Position numbers and translations under genes: made by a program
Notes under the pieces: model-generated
What the model was told of the DNA's origin: nothing
The model's database searches: none
What the model saw: only the letters and a program-made list of their open reading frames with translations
IMG/VR virus record: IMGVR_UViG_3300021431_000075
Span: 32,001-96,000 of that record
Length of the DNA stretch: 64,000 bases
DNA from: a virus
Lineage: Duplodnaviria > Caudoviricetes
Reading direction: 5' to 3' (one strand)
Part shown: one piece after another, positions 57,128-64,000 of the stretch
Layout of the letters: every line of letters starts with the position of its first letter
How positions within the stretch are numbered: position 1 is the first letter of the stretch

Positions 57128-59350
57128 TTAAATAAAACTCAACACATTTCCACGTCTGTCAATATAAACACGACCAGTATTGATTTGAAACACACCGTCA
57201 ATATTCGTATCATCTATCTCATCACTACTCATCTTGTCATATAGCAGCGTTCCGTCCGGCTTAATCATATTGTATAGATCATTTGACTTATTATAGATAA
57301 TGACGACATCATCATATGTATGAAAATCGTACTTGTAATCGTCAAGCCATTCATCGAACAATAGATCTCCTGAAGTATTCATAAAATTATACTCCATAGT
57401 TTTTGACTTTGACTGATGTCTACCAACCATACAGACGCTTCCACAAAACTCGTCAACTTCATAGTACCAGTCTTTCGAGACAAAACTTCCATCGGGTCTT
57501 ATGAAGTTAGAATGTCCTTTCTTGTTGACAACCAAAGCGTAACCGTTCTTGAACGGTTCTATCGAAGTTATCATACACTTCTTCTTGATTACAAGTTTAC
57601 CGTTCTTGTCAATAAGATTCTTGCTCCCGTTTCCATCTATAACAACCGCATAACCACTTTCATCAAAATCATAAACCTGCTCGAACCACACATCCGACAA
57701 GACGTTACCTTCAACATCTATATAATTGCCAAAAATCCCACCATCCTTATATTTATATACTCTAACAAATCCTGCACAAAACGGTGTTTTAGAATATACC
57801 ATCCCGTAACCATTAACATAAAAATTCTCTTTTAATATAGACTTTCCTTTCTTGTTGATAAAATCAACATATCTGTCCTCTCTATAAACCATTGCGATTC
57901 CGCATTCATGAAAATCACTACATGAATTAAACCAGACAGGCTTTCCGTTGCTTTGCTTGCAAATGAATTTTCCATTCGTATCAACATAAGTCATCTGGTA
58001 ACACTTGTTCTTATAATCATATTTAGTGACAATAGCACAACCGTTACAAAAAGAATCACAGTCTTCATACCAATCATTCAACAGCAATCGACCTGTCATA
58101 TCAACAAAGTTTGTCTTCTTTCCGCTTACGTTTTTATCATCAATCAATGAAACTATCCAGAAACCTTCTGAACCAGAATCGCTAATCCAATCATACATAT
58201 TGTTCTGAAACAGCAAATGTCCGTTCTTGTCTATGATGCCGTTTCCATTCTTGTCTTGCACTATTGCGCAACCAGAATCATCATCAAGAAAATCACCACA
58301 CTTGGTAAACAACTTATTCGACAACAATCTACCTCTTGCATCAATATAGTTATATTTCTCACCCATACGAACAACAGCATAACCGTTCACAAAATTCTTA
58401 ATCTCAGAAAATTTTCGGTTTGTTATCACTTTACCGCTTGTATCTATCAACGCATAATAATCACTTGTGCTGCCATCTGGTTCTTCACTTTCGATAATGT
58501 TAACTTCAGCAACGCCATAGCTGTCTATAAAATTGCCACAAAATCCACTATAGAAATCTTCTAATATGAAATTTCCGTCCGTATCTATATAATTGTAATT
58601 GAAATCCTTCCTGTTTCCAATTCCGACATCCTTATGGACTAACATCCTGCCGCAATGGTACACAGTATCGAAACATGCATATATATCATCATACTCAAAT
58701 ACAACATCCCCATTCTTTCTGGCTATCATGTACATAAGTTCATCACTTGTTGTTCTTGTAAAGATAAACTTATATAGTTCATTTCCAGTCTCTTTGTTCA
58801 CACAGAACAAAATACCCAACGGCAATGCAACTTTCATGATGCTTTGAATGATACTCTTCTTGCTACAATCCGGAAACAAGATATGGTAAGAATCTATATT
58901 TTTTATACAAAGATAACACTCTGATTTGCGTTCTGCGATGCAGAAAGTCAACCCATTCTGTTCTGTAAAATCAATATCACCAAAGGAACTGACTACAATC
59001 GAAAAATCAAACCTGACTTTTTTAAAACATGTGACATATAGAAGCTTTATAAGAAAGTTGTTAAAAGTGTCGATATTGACATCGGCATCATCAAACAATA
59101 TAGAAAAGTCAAGTCTTTCAGGATTTTTCTTATATTCAAAATTCTGGATAGAACCATACTTGACCTTCGTATTCAGATACTGTTTGATACTATCAACAGT
59201 ATTATACATGAAATAACTGCCTTGAATTGACAAATTGATAACAAACTTTCTATCATCATTATCATACACAACATCTTTCACATCATCCGCTTCCACTTTA
59301 TCAAGAAGCGTCTCGTTCAGAATATATGTTGAATGCATACAGTTCATCAT
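57128..59350 (-). CDS. Array member: WG-like beta-repeat protein
   Basis: YILNETLLDKVEADDVKD leader; repeats; ends VLSFI. Confidence 0.9.
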   Translation of the reverse strand: MMNCMHSTYILNETLLDKVEADDVKDVVYDNDDRKFVINLSIQGSYFMYNTVDSIKQYLNTKVKYGSIQNFEYKKNPERLDFSILFDDADVNIDTFNNFLIKLLYVTCFKKVRFDFSIVVSSFGDIDFTEQNGLTFCIAERKSECYLCIKNIDSYHILFPDCSKKSIIQSIMKVALPLGILFCVNKETGNELYKFIFTRTTSDELMYMIARKNGDVVFEYDDIYACFDTVYHCGRMLVHKDVGIGNRKDFNYNYIDTDGNFILEDFYSGFCGNFIDSYGVAEVNIIESEEPDGSTSDYYALIDTSGKVITNRKFSEIKNFVNGYAVVRMGEKYNYIDARGRLLSNKLFTKCGDFLDDDSGCAIVQDKNGNGIIDKNGHLLFQNNMYDWISDSGSEGFWIVSLIDDKNVSGKKTNFVDMTGRLLLNDWYEDCDSFCNGCAIVTKYDYKNKCYQMTYVDTNGKFICKQSNGKPVWFNSCSDFHECGIAMVYREDRYVDFINKKGKSILKENFYVNGYGMVYSKTPFCAGFVRVYKYKDGGIFGNYIDVEGNVLSDVWFEQVYDFDESGYAVVIDGNGSKNLIDKNGKLVIKKKCMITSIEPFKNGYALVVNKKGHSNFIRPDGSFVSKDWYYEVDEFCGSVCMVGRHQSKSKTMEYNFMNTSGDLLFDEWLDDYKYDFHTYDDVVIIYNKSNDLYNMIKPDGTLLYDKMSSDEIDDTNIDGVFQINTGRVYIDRRGNVLSFI

Positions 59351-59363
59351 AATAGCGTCATTT

Positions 59364-61523
59364 TTAAATATAGTTCACAAGCGTCCCGGTCTTATCTACC
59401 ATAACACCATAACCTATTTCGAATAGGTCTTTATCCTTAATATAATTGATTTTATACGGTCTCCACGATTCACTCAACAACTTTCCGTCAGCAGTAATCA
59501 AATTATATCCATTACCTTTCTTTATGATATGGCAATCACCATATATCGTAATGTTGTTTGCATAATCGGACTCCAGCCATTCTTTCAGAATCAGATTTCC
59601 GTTCCTGTCGATAAAGTTAGTAATTTCATCTTTTTTGCGGTTCACTGCAAGAGTTACTTCACAAGCACCACCATAGAATCCACCGACTCTATAGAACCAA
59701 GTCTTGCTGATGCTCTTTCCGTCAATGCCTATATAGTTGAACTCTCCCTTGGCATTCTTCACACAAGCAAGACCATTAACAAACTTGCTTTCAATCTGAA
59801 CTTTCTTTCTGAATAAGATTTTACCAGAAGTGTCCACGCAACATGACTTTCCATCAATCTTGATAACGGCATAACCGCCACTAAAAACACATTCTATATC
59901 ATCACACCACTCATCCATCAAAAAAGTTCCATCTTTTCTGAAAAAATTATGCTTCATGGCATTCCCGTATTTTTTACAAACAGGAGCCAACCCGTCATTG
60001 AATGAAGAACTTCCGTCCAAGTTCACTCCCCAATAACGTTCAAAATGCACAGGAGATATGTATTTTCCGTTCGTGTCTATGAAATTCTCACAGTCGCCGC
60101 TAAAATCACTTATAATTACCTTTGCTATTCCATCTTCATCAAAGAAACTGCAGTTCTTGAACCAAACAGGACGACCATTTCTTTCACATACATAATTTCC
60201 GGCCTTGTCTATGAATGTCATCTCTCGTTGATTCTCAATTAATCCGTACCCATTTAAAAAACCACGGCACTTATCTACCCACTCGTCATTACCCGGCAGA
60301 TATGTTCCATCTTTTGTTATATAAGTCTCTTGTGTTGGAAGGCCTCCGTTGCTTTCATTTCTTCTCAGAATAAACACATCCTCGGACACACTGATGATTT
60401 TAACATCAGATTCTTCTGTATGAAACAATATATTTCCGCTTGTGTCTATAATACCTCTTCCATCATCATCAACAATAATTGCATAACCAGATTCAAAATG
60501 AATTGCCTTTGAAAACCATTTGTTCGGAGACAACACTTTTCCATATATGTCAATATAGTTATATTCTCCATCATAATTCTCAACGACAAAATAACCATCA
60601 TGGCTGAAACTATCAATATACTGATATCTATCTTCTGTGATGATTTCTCCTTTCGTGTTCATCAAACCCATAGATAGATCGTTAAATGTCACGACTGTAA
60701 CTTGCTCATAATATGAAAAATCTAAAGCACTACTAAAAAACTCATTAGATATGTAGTTTCCATTTATATCTATAAAGTTCCATCCCTTATTCTCTTGGGA
60801 ATATACTTTCAACAGACCGCAATTAAAAACATTGTTTGTCAATCCGCTTTCTCCCAATCTAACACGTTCTTTATATATTACTTTACCGTCTTTGTTAACA
60901 ACCAACCGTTCCCCCCATTTTACCAGATTTTTGTCTCTTTCATAATATACACAGAAACGATATACCTTATTTCGGGGTTCCAGACAATCACATAAACCGT
61001 ATTTGGACATAATGGTTCCGATACTAAAATAGACATCATTCATCGAAATATCCGGAAACAATTCTGCATATATGTTCAGATTCATCAACAAGACTCTGGT
61101 TGCATAGAATGAACATTCAACCGACAGAGCATCATCATTATATACTCTATCATCTATTTCTGTAACTCTCATTCTAAAAACCAATCCACAACTATCGAAT
61201 ACAACAGCAAGCGTCTTGAACATGATAGAGTTAAACAAATCAATATCAACCCTGTCGTTATATAGAAAGATAACTATGTCAATCCCCGCACCATTCCTAA
61301 ATCTTGAGTAATTTAGATTTATATTATAGCGCTCTATATATTTTCCTTCAACAAATGAATCAAATATATTATTTAGGACACTGAGAATTTCATCCTTCTT
61401 GGAATCGCCGACATTTAATGACAAAACAATCTTAAAACTGCCGTTCTTCTCATGAACTTCATCAACGTCAACTTCATCAAGAAGCGTCTCGTTCAACATG
61501 TATATCTTGTTTCTTTTCATCAT
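59364..61523 (-). CDS. Array member: WG-like beta-repeat protein
   Basis: YMLNETLLDEVDVDEVHE leader; repeats; ends LVNYI. Confidence 0.9.
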   Translation of the reverse strand: MMKRNKIYMLNETLLDEVDVDEVHEKNGSFKIVLSLNVGDSKKDEILSVLNNIFDSFVEGKYIERYNINLNYSRFRNGAGIDIVIFLYNDRVDIDLFNSIMFKTLAVVFDSCGLVFRMRVTEIDDRVYNDDALSVECSFYATRVLLMNLNIYAELFPDISMNDVYFSIGTIMSKYGLCDCLEPRNKVYRFCVYYERDKNLVKWGERLVVNKDGKVIYKERVRLGESGLTNNVFNCGLLKVYSQENKGWNFIDINGNYISNEFFSSALDFSYYEQVTVVTFNDLSMGLMNTKGEIITEDRYQYIDSFSHDGYFVVENYDGEYNYIDIYGKVLSPNKWFSKAIHFESGYAIIVDDDGRGIIDTSGNILFHTEESDVKIISVSEDVFILRRNESNGGLPTQETYITKDGTYLPGNDEWVDKCRGFLNGYGLIENQREMTFIDKAGNYVCERNGRPVWFKNCSFFDEDGIAKVIISDFSGDCENFIDTNGKYISPVHFERYWGVNLDGSSSFNDGLAPVCKKYGNAMKHNFFRKDGTFLMDEWCDDIECVFSGGYAVIKIDGKSCCVDTSGKILFRKKVQIESKFVNGLACVKNAKGEFNYIGIDGKSISKTWFYRVGGFYGGACEVTLAVNRKKDEITNFIDRNGNLILKEWLESDYANNITIYGDCHIIKKGNGYNLITADGKLLSESWRPYKINYIKDKDLFEIGYGVMVDKTGTLVNYI

Positions 61524-61536
61524 TCATTACTTCATT

Positions 61537-63732
61537 TTAGACAAAAGACAAGAGATTTCCAGTCCCATCGACATAAAAAACATTGTCTATTCGATAAACA
61601 AAACTATCGCCGTTTTCAACAGGAACAATCTTTATTCCACTCCACTCTCCATAAAAAAGAAGCTTTCCTTTGGATGTAATCATATTCCACTGCGGAGCGT
61701 TCTCGCTATCACACAAGATAATACTATCCACATAAGTGTTTATATTGAATCTTCCACTATTGAACCATCTTTTCCCAAGTATGAACTTTCCGTTCGTGTT
61801 ACAAAAACTATATTCTTTTGATTTGCCATTTTCATTATATTTGGATACTTCAAATACACTGATATTCTCAAATCTGGTTATCGTTTCATACCACTCTTTC
61901 AAAACAAGCGTTCCGTCTGTCCTGATGCAATTCCATTTTCCATCATAACTTTGAACCCGCGCGATTCCGTCTATAAAAACGTCAATCTTTGAATATTTCG
62001 AATAGTCAGAATGAACCATGACACCATACTTGTCTATAATGCCAAGATGATTGTCAATCTTCACTACAGCATATCCATTTTTAAAATTCGTTTCAACTCC
62101 ATCAAACCAGAATTTTGACAGAATCCTCCCTGTTCTGTCAATAAAATTGAATTTTGTTATAAGATCATTTTTCTTATCCGTCACAATAGCAAAGTCTTCA
62201 GAGAACTGCGACACAGACAAATCAATACCAACTCGCTTGTCAAACCACTTTCTTGAAATCAGATTTCCTGACTTATCTATGAAATTCATCTTGTTATTTC
62301 TAAGCACTATCGCGTTTCCGCCTTCATCAAAGCAACCACAATCAGTAAACCATTCCGGCGTACCGTCATCTTTCTCACACAGCACATCTCCTTTCATATC
62401 AATGAAAGTATATCCGAATTTTGAATTGCAAATCCACATCAGACCGTTATGAAAACTGTTTCCATACCCATAAAACCAGTACTTTGATAAATACTTTCCC
62501 TTCGTATTTACCAGATTGTTGCAATTCCCATCACTATGATTCTTATCCCTCACAATCCATAATCCATTGCCTACTCTTGATATGGCGTTAAACTTCTCTG
62601 ACTGAAATAGAATCTTCCCTTTATTGTTACAAACACCTATTCCGTTACTGTTTGAAATAATTCCATACCCATCATCATCAAAATCTTCACAACTAAAATT
62701 GTTCCCAGTAAGCAACTCGTTGCCAGTTGCATCTATATAATTATAACCACCATCCTCATACTCAACTACAGCAAATCCGTTCGAATATTGATTTATAACC
62801 TTATAGTTATTATCAGCAATAAGATTTCCTTTTCCATCAACCAATCCAACACTATTATCTTCAAAGAGCCGGACGATAACTCCATTGGCTGTAAAACCCA
62901 CAATATCCTTAAAAGACTTGTTGACAAACTTTCCATCCCGGTTCATAAGATAGTATTCGTTCTTTTGGAAAGAATATACGGCAAGCAAACCGTTATGAAA
63001 CAAATCAAATTTGTCAGCGATCATCAAGGACTTCACCTGAAACTCATATATGATTTCTCCATTCTTTCTAAGAATCAATCTTCTAATATTAGCTTCATCA
63101 TAATATACGATATACTCACCATCATGCTCTCTTACAATATAAAGATGATATATGTCATATTCTCTGTCTATACACCTTGTCAATCCATATTTCGCAGATG
63201 CCTTGACAATACTTGAAAGATACTCCGTTTCCGATATGTTTGGAAACATATTCTTATACTCATTCGTATTGACAATCAGAATTGCTTCTTTTGAATTAGT
63301 ATTATCAATGTATAACTTTTTTACAAAAGTATCATCATCTATGAACTTTTCAACACTCAAGCCAAATGTGAAGTATTCTTTCATTATAGCAATGATACAG
63401 AACAAGACTTCATTAAACAACTGCACATCAAGATATGATTTGTCAATCCACAAATGAATATTCGCATTTATAAGGTCCAATTTCTCAATATCGTACTTAT
63501 GAACAATATCGCGCTTTTTTAAAAAATCAAAGTAACTTTTGATTCTTTCTTCGACTGCATATGGAAACGCCCGTCGTCCATCCATGTCAATACGCATCAT
63601 AATGTAAACACAATCATCCTCGTTGAAGTAATCGTCGCTATCTTCAACCTCATCAGAGTCAACCTTACTCAACAAGTTCTCATGGAGTGCATCATCAACT
63701 TCGTGCCAGTATGTTTCAATATCTTCATTCAT
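61537..63732 (-). CDS. Array member (first gene): WG-like beta-repeat protein
   Basis: ALHENLLSKVDSDEVED leader; repeats; ends LLSFV. Confidence 0.9.
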   Translation of the reverse strand: MNEDIETYWHEVDDALHENLLSKVDSDEVEDSDDYFNEDDCVYIMMRIDMDGRRAFPYAVEERIKSYFDFLKKRDIVHKYDIEKLDLINANIHLWIDKSYLDVQLFNEVLFCIIAIMKEYFTFGLSVEKFIDDDTFVKKLYIDNTNSKEAILIVNTNEYKNMFPNISETEYLSSIVKASAKYGLTRCIDREYDIYHLYIVREHDGEYIVYYDEANIRRLILRKNGEIIYEFQVKSLMIADKFDLFHNGLLAVYSFQKNEYYLMNRDGKFVNKSFKDIVGFTANGVIVRLFEDNSVGLVDGKGNLIADNNYKVINQYSNGFAVVEYEDGGYNYIDATGNELLTGNNFSCEDFDDDGYGIISNSNGIGVCNNKGKILFQSEKFNAISRVGNGLWIVRDKNHSDGNCNNLVNTKGKYLSKYWFYGYGNSFHNGLMWICNSKFGYTFIDMKGDVLCEKDDGTPEWFTDCGCFDEGGNAIVLRNNKMNFIDKSGNLISRKWFDKRVGIDLSVSQFSEDFAIVTDKKNDLITKFNFIDRTGRILSKFWFDGVETNFKNGYAVVKIDNHLGIIDKYGVMVHSDYSKYSKIDVFIDGIARVQSYDGKWNCIRTDGTLVLKEWYETITRFENISVFEVSKYNENGKSKEYSFCNTNGKFILGKRWFNSGRFNINTYVDSIILCDSENAPQWNMITSKGKLLFYGEWSGIKIVPVENGDSFVYRIDNVFYVDGTGNLLSFV

Positions 63733-63772
63733 GTAGTCAAGCTATTCAAACTTTACACTTTTCCTTATATAA

Positions 63773-63789
63773 TATATAAGATATTTATT
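63773..63789 (-). promoter_or_regulatory. Late-type promoter at the head of the array
   Basis: AATAAATATCTTATATA on the minus strand, ~40 nt upstream of ATG 63732. Confidence 0.7.
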
Positions 63790-63799
63790 TTTATTATTG

Positions 63800-63843
63800 G
63801 AAAAAGCAAGCGGAGACCATGCCATCAAACATAGTTCTCCGCG
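63800..63843 (-). terminator. Probable terminator insulating the array from the upstream gene
   Basis: GCGGAGA...TCTCCGC stem followed, on the minus strand, by TTGCTTTTT. Confidence 0.55.
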
Positions 63844-63868
63844 ACTCAAATAAAAACCAATAAACAAA

Positions 63869-64000
63869 TTATTTCTTGTTTCTTCTCGGTGCAACAATTC
63901 GCATCATGTACTTTCCCACTTCTGATTTGTACAAAAAGACATCAACTGTATAGTCAGAACCAGCAACAAGTCTACAATTGCATCCACGCTGTTTCATTAT
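63869..64000 (-). CDS. 3' end of a hypothetical gene entering from outside the window
   Basis: Open frame IMKQRGCNCRLVAGSDYTVDVFLYKSEVGKYMMRIVAPRRNKK*. No repeat-family features. Confidence 0.5.
   Translation of the reverse strand: MMKQRGCNCRLVAGSDYTVDVFLYKSEVGKYMMRIVAPRRNKK

Noticed and set aside
24573-63732. Diversity-generating retroelement or shufflon driving array variation
   Set aside because: No reverse transcriptase, no near-identical template/variable repeat pair differing at adenines, and no inverted recombination sites were seen. All members are co-oriented and divergent along their whole length.
1-64000. Stop-codon reassignment (TAG to Gln, as in Lak megaphages)
   Set aside because: Genes tile densely as long ORFs under the standard code, conserved proteins are full length, and TAG ends at least two plausible genes (982-984, 52357-52359).
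1-64000. tRNA or rRNA genes
   Set aside because: No cloverleaf with T-loop/D-loop consensus or rRNA-like segment was recognised in the intergenic regions by eye; tRNAscan-SE would be decisive.

Overview
This window is part of a large T4-like (myovirus-type) jumbo/megaphage genome read in the standard genetic code. The host is most likely Bacteroidota: two exact TTTG-N19-TAnnTTTG promoters are present. The left ~24.5 kb holds virion and auxiliary genes. These are a gp13-like neck protein, a GH24 lysozyme, a large baseplate-hub-like protein with a C-terminal M15-type peptidase, an NlpC/P60 hydrolase, three glycan-synthesis genes, a type IIA topoisomerase ATPase/TOPRIM subunit, a DNA methyltransferase and PhoH. 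Many transcription units start at a T4-late-like RATAAATA motif. The right ~39 kb (24573-63732, minus strand) is one tandem array of 18 divergent paralogues. Their typical architecture is an N-terminal leader (x-L-N-E-[SDNT]-L-L-x-x-V-x-x-D-E-V-x-D), a variable alpha/beta domain, WG-like beta-repeats and a conserved hydrophobic C-terminus. Two further leader-bearing relatives lie on the plus strand. The leader resembles a prohead-protease site and the genes sit behind late promoters. The best hypothesis is therefore a large, diversified family of capsid-packaged binding proteins; this is inference, not demonstrated. Two IS607-family elements (serine recombinase + TnpB) sit inside the array, and one has a GG-core junction that can be reconstructed in frame. 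Two candidate structured ncRNAs were also noted. All calls were made by eye from motifs; no database searches were run.
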